A stretch of DNA of 64,000 bases from Squalus acanthias (taxonomy: Eukaryota). The position numbers and the translations under genes were made by a program. Below the pieces are notes generated by a model. The model ran no database searches. It saw only the letters and a program-made list of their open reading frames with translations, and had not been told where the DNA came from. Positions 39,246 to 51,632 of this stretch are shown piece after piece; the stretch's first letter is position 1, and the number at the start of each line of letters is the position of its first letter. The DNA is taken from NCBI GenBank assembly GCA_030390025.1, contig CM059431.1:108936001-109000000 (forward strand). Reading direction: 5' to 3'.

Positions 39246-40002
39246 CACTTGGCTTACTGTAATGTAGTAAACTATAATGGTTTTTTTCTTGCAGGGTTCT
39301 AATAAAGATACTGTACTCTGAGTTTTGACCAACTCATTGGTAGATATTTATTTTCCTCTTGTCCTTTAAACAATTCCAATCAGTTTTACCAGAGACCATT
39401 ACATATCTCATGTAAGCATTGCAAATATGCTATCAACAAAGTTCCTTTATCACACAATAAATATTAACTGCTTTGGCATAAACACTGTAATTAAGCACAT
39501 CTATGTAGTAGCATACAGCTAGAATATTTTAAGAAAAACATCTTTGGGACATGTGAATTCAGCTTCCTCTTCAGCCAGGAATACCAGCTTACGATGGCTC
39601 GGACTACATTATGCTGCTGATAATGTAGATTTTCTACAAAGAAATCTCTCATCGCTTTGACTACCTCAGAAATTAAGACAGGAAATGGCCCTACAATGAG
39701 TTATGTACCTCATTTAACCACTGATTCCAGCACAAACGCTTACATCTGTAAAACACATGAGGGGCACTGGCCACAGATATTTCAGTGTTGTACCTCAACA
39801 TAGGTATAATCAACCCATCAGTCATTATGCAGATGCCTACATATGCAGCCAATGCTTCACTGTAATCTCTACTAATGGCTACAGAAGGTAATGGACTTTG
39901 CCTCTCTATTACTGACAGACTGCTCCGTGAGGTTTTTTTTTTCAGTTTTGTAGCTCGAGCATATGTCCAGCACTGGTGCTCAATAGAATATTATCAACCG
40001 TT

Positions 40003-40433
40003 TGGCTCGGATTTTGCTTTCAATGGATGTTAATACCAAGAAAAATGTCTACTTAAAAGTGCTTTTTACATTGCCGAAACAGTTTAAAATACGTGCTGGT
40101 TAATACAGTAGCCATCGCCAACAGTAAATAATGAGTGAAAAACGCACCTAAGTAATAAGTGGAACATAGTTTCTGACTGGCATCTCGTCCCTCCAAGGAC
40201 AGAAGTCCAAACTGGGTGGTGAGCAGCAGTACCGTCTTTTAAAAAGCAATGATAACTTGTGGCAGGGTGCAATTGCAGTATGACATCTGTTCGTAGGCAA
40301 TTTTCATGATAAATGTGGATGGGGGGGGGGGGGGGGAGTTGATGGCCATTAGCAAGTTGGCAGCCTGTTTTATGTCGCGCCCGATTCGCTATTGCCCGTT
40401 TTGCATTTTCACCGAAGACCAATTCTCTCCCCA
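40003..40433. mobile_element. Probable degenerate MITE
   Basis: Ends ggctcggattttg and caattctctcccc resemble the Harbinger-type termini seen elsewhere in the window. Confidence 0.35.
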
Positions 40434-40585
40434 GGGAATTTCTAATGAAAATATAAAAATAAGGACTTCAGCATTTTAAGGGGAAGGGGGCAGGCCAAAT
40501 TACATCTGCGCACTTTGGTCTGATTCTCCACTAAACATTCCAACCCTGTCTCACCTGGAAACTATACCTGGTCTGAACTCTGTGT

Positions 40586-41020
40586 AACAAGAACAACCTT
40601 GCAGTTATATAACGTCTTTAACGTAGTAAAACGTTCCCAAGGTGCTTTGCAGGAGCGTTATCAGACAAAATTTGACACTGAGTCACATAAGGAGATATTA
40701 GGAGAGCTGGCCAAAAGCTTGGTCAAAAAAGTTCAGTTTTAAGGGGTGATTTAAAGGAGGAGAGAGAGGTGGAGACGTTTGGAGGGGTGGGGGCGGGGGT
40801 GGAATTCCGGAGCTTAGGGCCTCTGCAGCTGAAGGCACGGACGCCAATGGCGGAGCAATGAAAATCGGGAATGCGCAAGAGGCCAGAAATGGAGGAGCGC
40901 AGAGATATCGGAGGGTTGTAGGGCTGAAAACGGTTACAGAGATGGAGGGGTGAGGGCATTGGGGGCGGGGGGGGGGGGGGCGGAGGGCAAGGCCATGGAG
41001 GGATTTGAAAACAGGAGAAT
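40586..41020 (-). mobile_element. L2-clade LINE 3' fragment
   Basis: Colinear with 35582-36000, with added G runs. Confidence 0.85.
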
Positions 41021-41697
41021 GATGCCACAGAAGATTGATGAGTAATAACAAATAATTGGGTAACGAGACCCCAACTCAAGACATTTAAGCCCAAAAATTT
41101 CAAATACCAATAGAAGTGAGGTAGGACTTCCACCGGACACAAGGTTGTGGTACTGTCCCCGTCGTAAATTGCAGGGTCAGTTAAGTTGAATATACAGAGA
41201 CTTGCAAGATGCCTAATTCCAGTCTATAATTCAGAGGAAGTTGAAAACTGGCTGAGAGACAGGAATTAGGCCCCAAATGGGCGGCAAGGAAGGAGGAGGG
41301 CAGAAAATAGCTGGATGACAGGCTACTAACACAGATATGGTGGAGGATCAGGGTTGGGGGTCGGAGACCCCTCCCCCCATCCCCCCCCCCGCCCCCACCA
41401 AAAAATGTGGTGTGCGTTTTGTGGAGGGAGATGACTGTGGCAGTGAATGCCACTTATTTCATGCGAAGGACTCCTTTGTAGTTCAGGTCAAAATTTAGCA
41501 ACTTCACTAGAACAGCCCAGGTAAGCTACCTTCTCCCCCTCTTCCTTCTTTACATGCATGGCACTCTTTCATTCATTACCTTCAACAGTGCCATGGGCAA
41601 CAAAGGTAAAACTGAGCTCTCACAGTGGAGAGAGGAGGCACTGTAAATGTCAGCCCCTCTAGCTTCCGAGTTTGTGAACTCGGATCTCTGGGTGTCT

Positions 41698-41955
41698 TAG
41701 AATCATACGGCACAGAAGGAGGTCATTCGGCCCATTATGACTGTGCCAGCTTGTTGAAAGAGCTATCCAATTAGTCCCACTCCCCTGTTAATTCCCCATA
41801 GCCATGTACATTTTTCCATTTCAAGTATTTATCCAATTTCCTTTTGAAAGTTACTGTTGAATCTGTTTCCATCACCCATTCAGGCAGTGCATTCCAAATC
41901 ATCACAACTCGCTGTTTAAAAAGATTTCTCCTCATCGTTCCTCTGGTTCTTTTGT
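41698..41955 (-). mobile_element. CR1 LINE 3' fragment
   Basis: Reverse complement of CR1 3' end (ggcacagaaggaggtcattcggccc...tcaggcagtgcattcca). Confidence 0.85.
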
Positions 41956-43469
41956 TCTTGCTCTAAGAAGGATGCTGAATGAGCATCACACTGTGGTGGC
42001 ATTTCGGAAGACCTGAGACAGACAGCGGAGGTTGAGGCAGCGTCCAATACAGTACCACCTAGAGTGAGTGGTGACGCCATGAACATCTACATCCATCCCA
42101 CTTGAGGTAGAGAAGCCTCCAGACTAGTCAGTGCATCCAAAGTAGATGTTTTGACCAATGGCGTTCAGGCCTTGGGGGACCATTTGGAGAGAATAATTGC
42201 AACTGGCTTCCGAGACCTTTGGGGAGCCATCTCTCAGGGTCTGCGGGACCTAGCTGATACCATGAGGTTTGCTCTCCCTCTGATCAGTGGGCACTGAGAT
42301 TCAAGATCCCTCACAAGTGGTTACGATCTGCCATCATTTCTCTTGATGACCCTCGTGCAACTTTTTCAGCCAGTGCTGCTCATGCTGTTGGCAGGATAGG
42401 AGACCAGGCTGCCCACACACCTGCCATGGTAAGATGGCCTGCTGAAGAGTTCTCTGGGAACTCAGACACCCAGAGATGATGGCCTCCCAAGAGGCTCATG
42501 ATACCATAGTGCATTCAAAGCCTGTGAACTCAACCACTTCCTGGCTGGATAAGTCATTCAGCTAACTTACCCTGCTTCTCTACCGGCTTCAGTTAAGTCA
42601 GTGCAATTCTGGCATAAATGGCTGAATTTCCGGGACCTCAGGTTTTGCCCTCATTATCCTGTCATTTGCATATCTGCACCAGTTTGTAGGTGGGTGTGGG
42701 GGGCAGTGGGTGCATCTTCTGCTAGCACCTAGATCCACCAGAATTTAGTGTGTATTTTAGAACAGTTTAAATCTGGTGTATCTGATTTATATCCCAAATT
42801 CCAGTCCCCTACGCCAAAATGACATCACTTTTGCCCCCGAACAATAAAGCAATTTCGGGTCCCAACACTACCCGCCTTCAAACTTTGGATTCTGTAGATA
42901 CCTGATGAGAGTAAAGCTCATTTGAGTTGGATTTGTGCACCTTATTATTTTTCCTCTGGCTTGATTGAGTGGGAAACAGCATATGAAGACAGGGCAAAAC
43001 TAGAAAGATACATGCATGAGAAAGCTGGCAAGAGTAGAAATGAATCATGATAAGTCAATGCATTGATTACCCCGAGTGCTGTGATCATACCTAACAATAC
43101 GAACTTTCACAACAGTGATGGGGACTTATAGCAATGCTTTCAAAACTGTAATGGGCACATAACTTACAAGTGACTTGGGGAAGAAATTAGTCTTACAGTC
43201 TAATGTCATCATTAGAGTGAGTTCTGGAACAAAGCTGCTGCCTTGCTTTCAACAGCACTGTCTCATTTATGTGCATGGGCAATTCCAAGACCAGAGGTTG
43301 CAAGAAGATTACCCCACATACTTCCATCTACCATCCCAGTGCCATTTCTCTAAATTGTCCTCTCCAGTACAAAACAACATCAACTGTGTCTGTGTTGTGT
43401 GCGCACTCACCGTACAGATTTTATTATTTTCTTTAAAGATGCAGCAGAACCCCTCGCAGCATTCGATCT

Positions 43470-44512
43470 ATCCACGCCCCCCCTCCTCTTTCTCATCCGC
43501 ATGCTGCCACTTGGCAACATTATCCACAGATATCAGGTCAACTTCCACCTGCCTGCTGATAACACCCAGCCCCCATCTCCCCACCACCTCTCAGGATCCC
43601 TCCAATGCTTCTGTGTTGTCTGGCTGCTTGTCCAATTTCCAGTCTTGGATAAGCTGCAATTTCCTCCAGTTACACATGGGAAGACCAAAGCCATTATTCT
43701 CGACCACTGCCGTAAACTATTTGACCTCAAGCTGAGCTTCCGACCACATATCCTCTCCATCACAAAGACTGCCTACTTCCACCTCCAGAACATTGCTTGC
43801 CTCCATTCCGTCTTACCCCATCTTCGGTGGAAAACCTCAGCCGTGCCTTTATCAACTCGACTATTCCAATATTCTCCTCGCCAGTCTCCCATCCTACACT
43901 CTGTGTAAACTTTAGCTCATCAAAAACGCTGCTGCCTGTATCATCTCCCACGCCAAGTCTCGCCAATTTTGAATATTAAGGGAATCAAGGGATATGGGGA
44001 TAGTTCAGGAAAGTGGAGATGAGGTAGAAGATCAGCCATGACCTTATTGAATGGCGGAGCAGGCTCGAAGGGCCAAATGGCCTACTCCTGCTCCTATGTC
44101 TTATGTTCTTATGTCTCGCTCATCCATGACCTCTGTTCTTGGTGACCTACATTGGCTCTCAGTCCTTCAGCGCTTATAATTTAAAATTGTCATCCTTTTG
44201 TTTATATCCCTTCATGGCCTCGCCCTTTTCTATTTTTATAACCTCCTCCAGCTTTGCAACAACACCCCTCACCCACTCCCCCCTTCTCCTCTGACTCTGA
44301 CCTATTTCGCAGCCCCTCCCTCCCTTTGCCCCACCATTGGCAGCTATGCTTTCAGTGGCCTAGGCTCCACACACTTGAATTCCCTCACTAAACCCTCTGC
44401 CTCTTCAATTCCTACCAATACTTTAAAAAAAAATCACTTTGAACAAGCTTTTGATCACTCCTCGTAATATCTCTTTCTTTGACTATTGTTTGGTTTTAAT
44501 TATGCTTCTTTG
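43470..44512 (+). mobile_element. Degenerate L2 LINE fragment interrupted by a CR1 3' end (about 43965-44113)
   Basis: MLPLGNIIHRYQVNFHLPADNTQ (decayed YADDTQ motif) and LSFRPHILSITKTAYFHLQNIA. L2 sequence resumes after the CR1 tail ttcttatgt. Confidence 0.85.
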
Positions 44513-44962
44513 AAGCACCTGGGGTTTCTATTCCTATGTTCAGTTTCCTATCTCGATGCAAGTTGTTGTTGCTGAAATAAGGTCACACTGCAAAAGTAAA
44601 ACATTTTGAACAATTTCTGCTGTATTTTACATTGACTGGAGATGGTGCTGACTTTGCTGCAACGTGGCATTTTTAAATTGTCTTCTACGCAAGCCAAGTG
44701 CACAGTCCCATGCATCAGGTCACAGAAAGTACCGAAAACATTGCATTAAGAAGGTACTGATGAATGTTTGAGATTGTAAGCTTATCCAGCAGTTTCACAA
44801 ACTCAACCCAGAAGTGGCGATGCCAAGGGGCAATCGGTCATGTGAGGTGATTCAAGTTTGCCCGTGTAAATGCAGCTTCTGACCCTTGTCACAAATTATT
44901 AAACGAACATACAGAAAGGCAAAACTCAGCAGGCCAGGCAACATCCGTGGAGAGAGAAACAG

Positions 44963-44999
44963 AGTTAACGTTTCAGGTCGAAGACCCTTCGTCAGAACT
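44963..44999 (-). ncRNA. Minimal type I hammerhead ribozyme motif (DACH1 sense strand)
   Basis: AGUU-CUGACGA-A-GGGUC-UUC-GACCU-GAAA-CGUU-AACU, with palindromic AACGUU. Confidence 0.72.
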
Positions 45000-45248
45000 G
45001 AGAAAAAAGCAGGAAATGAAACAGATAAAAAAAAGCAAGTGGGAGGCTGGGGGGAGGAATAACTATGGTAAGTAGAGACATTAAGAGATGCTCAAGGCAA
45101 GACGAGATGGTAATGGGACAGGTTAAGAAACAAAAGGTGGCTCAGAAGTGTGAAGTGTGAAGTGTGAAATGCTGGCAGAATGAGAGACAGCTGCCGTGAG
45201 GAAGAGAGAGAAAAAAAAAGGGAAAAGGCACGAACCAAAAGGGTGGAT

Positions 45249-45286
<38 letters not shown>

Positions 45287-45405
45287 GTAGGGGCCGAGGT
45301 TATGATCTGAAATTGTTGAACTCGATATTGAGTCCGGAAGGCTGTAAAGTGCCTAATCGGAATATGAGGTGCTGTTTTATCTGTTTCATTTCCTGCTTTT
45401 TTCTC

Positions 45406-45442
45406 AGTTCTGACGAAGGGTCTTCGACCTGAAACGTTAACT
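45406..45442 (+). ncRNA. Minimal type I hammerhead ribozyme motif
   Basis: Same sequence as 44963-44999 on the opposite strand. Confidence 0.72.
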
Positions 45443-45797
45443 CTGTTTCTCTCTCCACGGATGTTGCCTGGCCTGCTGAGTTTTTCCAGCGTTTTCTGTT
45501 GTTGTTTCAATTTTCCAGCATCCGCAGTATTTTGCTATCGTACAGAAAGGCAACTTTGCATCTCCTCTCAAACAGACACAATTAGATCTTTCCACTTGGT
45601 CTTCTGCTTGACTGAATTTAATTCTCCTGTGCAACAGAACCAGTTTATCCTGATGTCGGTATAGTATATCACCTACAAAAATTCAAGTTTCAATACAGCC
45701 AAAGAGAAAAAGCAATGTGTCACGCTCTCAGTTGACACAGTATAAAAGCTCATTTCTCTGCAAGTACCTCTGTGACTTGGAGAACTGTTGATTGTAT

Positions 45798-45952
45798 GGG
45801 AGAAAAATCCAACTTGGGCAGGGGGCACAAGATGGGCAGTAGCGGATTGACCGCCCATCATCGCTGCGCAGGACAATCGGGTGGGGTGTACAGCGGGCAG
45901 CCGGAGCGCTGTCGCCTGTTTTGCATCCCTGATGAAGTTGAATTTCATCCCC
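45798..45952. mobile_element. Short palindromic MITE
   Basis: Imperfect TIR gggagaaaaatccaactt / aagttgaatttcatcccc, flanked by TAT on both sides. Confidence 0.6.
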
Positions 45953-46070
45953 TATTTGTTTATGTCACTGTGATTAAATAGAACATTGAATTGTAAATGT
46001 TACACCCTTGTTCAAAAAAGGGTGCAAGGATAAACCCAGCAACTACGGGCTAGTCAGCTTAACCTCGGTA

Positions 46071-48018
46071 CAATAGCAAAATACTGCGGATGCTGGAAAT
46101 CTGAAATAACAACAGAAAATGCTGGAAGCACTCAGCAGGCAAGGCAGCATCCGTGGAGAGAGAAACAGAGTGAACGTTTCAGGTCTGTGACCCTTCATCA
46201 GAACTGGAAAAGGTTAGAGATGTAACAGATTTTAAACAGGTGCAGAGAAGGGAAAGGGGGGGGAGGGGAGGAAGGAATTGAAGGAACAATCTGTGCTAGG
46301 GTAGGAGGCAGGAGAGATTAAACGTTGCAAATGGGGATGGCAGAATCATCAACAGCCACCTAAAAAATGGGGGCAGGAGTTATAGTCTGAAATTGCTGAA
46401 CTCAATATCGAGTCCAGAAGGTTGTAAAGTGCCTAATCGAAAGATGAGGTGCTGTTCCTCGAGCTTACGTTGAGCTTCATTGGAACGATGTAAGAGGCCG
46501 AGGACAGAGAGGTCAGAGTGGGAGTGGAGCGGAGAATTAAAGTGACAGGCGACCGGAAGCTCGGGGTCCCCCTTACGGACTGAACGGAGGTGTTCTGCAA
46601 AGCGGTCGCCCAATCTGCGTTTGGTCTCCCCAATGTAGAGGAGACCGCATCGTGAGCAGCGAATACAGTATACTAAATTGCGAGAAGTACAAGTAAATCG
46701 CTGTTTCACCTGGAAGGGGTGTTTGGGGCCCTGGACAGTGGGAAGGGAGGAGGTAACAAAGCAGGTGTTGCATTTCCTGCGCTTGCATGGGAAGGTGCCG
46801 TGGGGAGGGGTGGGGCTGTTGGGGGTGATTGAGGAGTGGACCAGGGTGTTGCGGAGGGAGCAGTCCCTTCGGAATGCTAAAAGGGGAGGTGAGGGGAAGA
46901 TGCGTTTGGTGGTGGGATCACTTTGGAGGTGGCTGAAATGGCAGAGGATGATCCATTGAATGTGAAGACTGGTGGGGTGCAAGGTGAGGACAAGGGGAAC
47001 CCTATCGTGGTTCTGGGAGGGAGGGGAAGGGGTGAAAGCAGAAGTGCGGGAAATGGAACGGACATGGTCGAGGACCATGTCAACCACGGTAATGGGGAAT
47101 CCTCGGTTGAGGAAAAAGGAAGACATATCGGGAGCACTGGTATGGAAGGTGGCATCATCAGAACAGATGCGGCGGAGACGGAGAAACTGGGAGAATGGAA
47201 TAGAGTCCTTACAGGAGGCGGGGTGGGAGGAAGTGTAGTCCAGGTAGCTGTAGGAGTCGGTGGGCTTATTGTGAATGTTTGTCGATAGCTTATCGCCAGA
47301 AATGGAGACAGAGAAATCAAGGAAGGGATGGGAAGAGTTGGAGATGGACCATGTGAAGGTGAGGGAAGGGTGGAAATTGGAAGCAAAGTGAATGAAATTT
47401 TCTAGTTCAGGGCGAGAGCAGGAAACGGCACCGATACAGTCATCGATGTACTGGAAAAAGAGGTGAGGGAGGGGACCTGAGTAGGACTGGAACAAAGAAT
47501 GTTCCACATATCCCACGAAAAGGCAGGCATAGCTAGGGCCCATGTGGGTTCCCATAGCAATACCTTTAATTTGGAGGAAGTGAGTGGAGTCAAAGGAGAA
47601 GTTGTTCAATGTGAGAACAAGTTCAGCCAGGCGGAGGAGGGTGGTGGTGGATGGTGACTGGTTGGGCCTCTGATCAAGGAAGAAGTGGAGCACCCTCAGG
47701 CCGTCCTGGTGGGGGATGGAGGTGTAGAGGGATTGAACGTCCATAGTGAAGAGGAGACGGTTGGGGCCAGGAAACTGGAAACTGTTAAAGTGGCGGAGGG
47801 CATCGGAAGAGTCGCGAATTTAGGTGGGAAGAGACTGGACAAGGGGAGAAAAAATAGAGTCGAGATAGGAAGAGATAAGTTCCGTGGGGCAAGAAGAAGC
47901 TGAAACGATGGGTCTACCAGGGCAGTCCTGTTTGTGGATCTTGGGAAGGAGGTAGAAGTGGACTGTGCGGGGTTGGGGGACTATGAGGTTGGAGGGAAGA
48001 TCTCCAGAGGAGATGAGG
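46071..48018 (-). mobile_element. Penelope-like retroelement, 5'-truncated: RT, GIY-YIG endonuclease and 3' terminal repeat
   Basis: FYLLPKIHK...GRPIVS, MDVQSLYTSIP, GIAMGTHMGPSYA, YIDD, VYCIRCSRCGLLYIGETKR. 454-aa open frame at 46380-47744. Flanking tcggta duplication. Confidence 0.97.
46169..46205 (-). ncRNA. Minimal hammerhead ribozyme motif in the Penelope 3' repeat
   Basis: AGUU-CUGAUGA-A-GGGUC-ACA-GACCU-GAAA-CGUU-CACU; one stem I mismatch. Confidence 0.65.
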
Positions 48019-51000
48019 TCGGTAGTGGGGAAGCTTTTAGAAACAATAATCAGGGACAAAATTAACAATCACTTGGATAAGTGTGGATTAATTAAGGGAA
48101 GCCAGCATGGATTTGTTAAAGGCAAATCGTGTTTAACCAACTTGATCGAGTTTTTTGATGAGGTAACAGAGGATTGATGAGGGTAATGCGGTTAATGTGG
48201 TGTACATGGATTTCCAAAAGGCGTTCGACAAAGTGCCACATAATAGGCTTGCCAGCAAAGTTGAAGCCCATGGAATAAAAGGGACAGTGGCAGCATGGAT
48301 ACGAAATTGGCTAAGTGACAGGAAACAGAGAGTAGTGGTGAATGGTTGTTTTTCGGACTGGAGGAAGGTATACAGTGGTGTTCCCCAGGGATCGGTACTA
48401 GGATCACTGCTTTTCTTGATATATATTAATGACTTGGATGTGGGTGTACAGGACACAATTTCAAAATTTGCAGATGACACAAAACTTGGAAGTATAGTGA
48501 ACAGTGAGGAGGATAGGGATAGACTTCAAGAGGACATAGACAGGCTGATGGAATGGGCGGGCATGTGGCAGATGAAATTTAACGCAGAAAAGTGCGAAGT
48601 GATACATTTTGGTAGAAAGAATGAGGAGAGGAAATATAAACTAAAGGGTACAATCCTAAAGGGGTGCATGAACAGAGAGACCTTGGGGTATATGTGCACA
48701 AATCGTTGAAGGTGGCAGGGCAGGTTGAGAAAATGGTTAAAAAGGTTTACGAGACCCTGGGCTTCATGAATAGAGGTATAGAGTACAAAAGCGTGGAAAT
48801 TATGATGAATCTGTATAAAACACTGGTTCGGCCTCAACTGGAGTATTGTGTCCAATGCTGGGCACCACACTTTAGGAAGGATGTGAAGGCCTTAGAGATG
48901 ATGCAGAAAAGATTTACGAGAATGATTCCAGGGATGAGGTACTTCAGTTATGTGGATAGACTGAAGAAGCTGGGGTTGTTCTCCTTAGAGCAGAGAAGAG
49001 TGAGAAGAGATTTGATAGAGGTGTTCAAAATCATGAGGGGTCTGGACAGAGTAGATAGAGAGAAACTGTTCCCATTGGCAGAAGGGTCGAGAAACCAGAG
49101 GACACAGATTTAAGGTGATTGGCAAAAGAACCAAAGGCGACATAACAAAAAACTTTTTTACGCAGCGAGTGGTTAGGATCTGGAATGCACTGCCTGAAAG
49201 GGTGGTGGAGGCAGACTCAGTCATGGCTTTCAAAAGGGAATTGGATAAGTACCTGAAGGAAAGAAATTTGCAGGGCTACGGGGAAAGGGCGGGGGAGTGG
49301 GACTAGCTGAAGTGCTCTTGCAGAGAGCCGGCACGGGCTCGACGGGCTGAATGGCCTTTTTTCATGCTGTAACCATTCTACGATTCTATGATTGCTGGTG
49401 AGCTCTCTTACACCGGCTCTTCAACGTGAACGCCGAGGTTTAACAGCTATGTTGCTGGAACATTCCGCTCTCAACTGCGGAAAAGCGAAATGTCACCGAC
49501 TTTACAGGAAAACGGTATTGCCAAGTCTATGATTATATCGGGTATGGGGAAAGGATAAGGGAATGTGACTCAATGGGTTCATTCAGAGTGTTGGTGCAAG
49601 CACAATGGGCTGAATGGCTTCCTTCTGCACTGTAAAATTCTATGGTAGGCTTGCTAACTCACAGATATGTCTCCCTGATTTATGGTTGGCACCTTTTTCC
49701 AAGTCCATAATAGATCGGGTGACAGGGTGAGGCTCAGTTGTAAATCCCGTCATAATCAAATAGCTTGCCGACACTTGTGGTTAGGGCTGATGTATGAATA
49801 GTTGACACGTGGGCAAGGTTCCATACACCAACAAAGGAGTCAATGCCTTCAACAGAGGAAAGGCGGCGAGAACATTGGAGAAGAAATTTAGTGGAGGGGA
49901 GAGGGGGGGGGGGGGGGGGGGAGAAGAAACAGAAAAAAGTTCCAGACAGTCCACTCAAAATCCAGGCCGCCCTTCCTTGATTATTTTCATGACTGCCATC
50001 CCATGCAAAAAGCTCTTGGTCACTACCTAGTGATGCCACAGAAAGGTTGCCATGCAGGAAATGCTTGCCTCCGCTTGGCAGCACTCATAGTACCACTATC
50101 TCTCCAATGTCCCAGGACCAAATGCAAATACTTTCAGTCTTTGCCAAAGGGCTGAGTTATAAAATATGACACAGCAGAAACCCTGAAATCCGTGATTCCA
50201 ATTCAGACTTGCTTCGGACTGTTGATCACAATTTGAGCAGATTCGAAGAGGAAAGCAACATTCAGCTTCTAGTCATTGTTTAAAGAGGGTATATATCATG
50301 CTGCAAATATAATCAATTACACTAAAACTAGTCATTTGATGACATTTAAATAGAAATATTCTTGTTCCACTTAACAATGATAAAATATTTTGTTAAGTAG
50401 AACTAATCCATCCTGTAGGTTCTAATCCAAAAGTAGTTTCGGCATAAGTGTTTCAACAAATCTTCATTAGGAACTGTTTTCAGGCAATCAAATGCACTAA
50501 AAATAATGTTATAAAGCGCTGTGAAACACATTTACCTCAAGGGTTCAAGTCTCCAAAGGATGCAATGGAAACTTTTTTTTTTAAGCTGCTGGAAAGCAGA
50601 AGTCCATTTTTATGACAGACTCATTTACAATTCCCGACACAAAATGGGAATAAAGCATTCCCGAAACTGTCAGTGACTGCTCTCATGCAATCGCTTCCAT
50701 GGATGTAAATCACAGAACGTAGAATGGTTACAGCACAGAAGGAGGCCATTCGGCCCGTCGTGCCTGTGCTGGCTCTTAGAACAAACACAAATAAAGAAAG
50801 AACAAATCAGTGGGTTTGCGTTTAAGTCTCTTCAGCTCGCCGAGTTTGAATGTGCAGGGTTGCCCAACATGCCTGCAGTTGCACTGTAATTCCATCTAGA
50901 TAGGAGTGTGACTATCTCAGCCGTGTATTGGCGCATCCTTCCTCTCCTGTGGGAGAGCCATTGCCTCAGTGATGGACTACTGTGTTCTCGGGCAAAACAA

Positions 51001-51394
51001 AGAGCACTGTGATGCTCCCTCGATTTATGACCTATTAGCTTCACTAGGTTAAAGAGAGCCAGCTCCAAAGAAACTAGCACGAGTTAAGACACCATCCGCC
51101 AAATATTAACAATATCACTCAATATTCACCTGTGGAACAGATGTCACACACCTGACTAACTAACAATGGTATTACTTCTGTCTGCTATGCGTTGCACATT
51201 GTAGGGTAAGGGTGAGATTTGACTCTGATAATCATAATGGAAAGATGCTTCATGACTGGTCGTTAGATAGAACTTTAGATTCTTCACCGAGAATGAGACT
51301 TCTGGTTTACCACAAGCTGTCTTTTCTCAACCAACGAATGCTAGGGACCTTTCTGGACACCTGATACTGGCTTCCCTGAATCAACCAGTATTTT

Positions 51395-51632
51395 GTAGCA
51401 CCATGTAGTGTGTGACTGGAGTCACATGTAGGCCAGACTTAGTAGGGGCAGCGGGCTCCCATTCCTGAAGGACATTAGTGAACCAGGTGTTCTTTTTATG
51501 ATTACCTGGCAGCTTTCCTGGCCATTTTCTGGTGCTAGCCCACGAAAGACCCACGTTATTGAATTCAAATTCACAAAACTCAACCTGTGGGTCGCTACAT
51601 CAGTACCATAAACACTAGGCCACCATACTCAC
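51395..51632 (-). mobile_element. Degenerate tRNA-derived SINE-like repeat of a second family
   Basis: ctggagtcacatgtaggccagac...gaaggacattagtgaaccag, with a tRNA-like head at the right end on the minus strand. Recognised from memory of chondrichthyan repeats. Confidence 0.5.

Larger units (their letters stand above)
44923..45540. mobile_element. Short Penelope-like insertion with inverted terminal repeats
   Basis: About 44921-45029 is the reverse complement of about 45375-45484. 13-bp TSD tacagaaaggcaa at 44910-44922 and 45541-45553. Body nearly identical to 26868-27308. Internal (TA)n at about 45252-45282. Confidence 0.92.
45992..49392 (+). mobile_element. CR1 LINE split by a Penelope element (parts about 45992-46070 and 48019-49392)
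   Basis: Highly similar to the 10519-12090 copy; SGVPQGSVLG and KFADDTKL motifs; frameshifted. Confidence 0.95.

Noticed and set aside
42902..42925. CTGATGA-GAG...CTC resembling a hammerhead 5' half
   Set aside because: No GAAA box or stem I partner.
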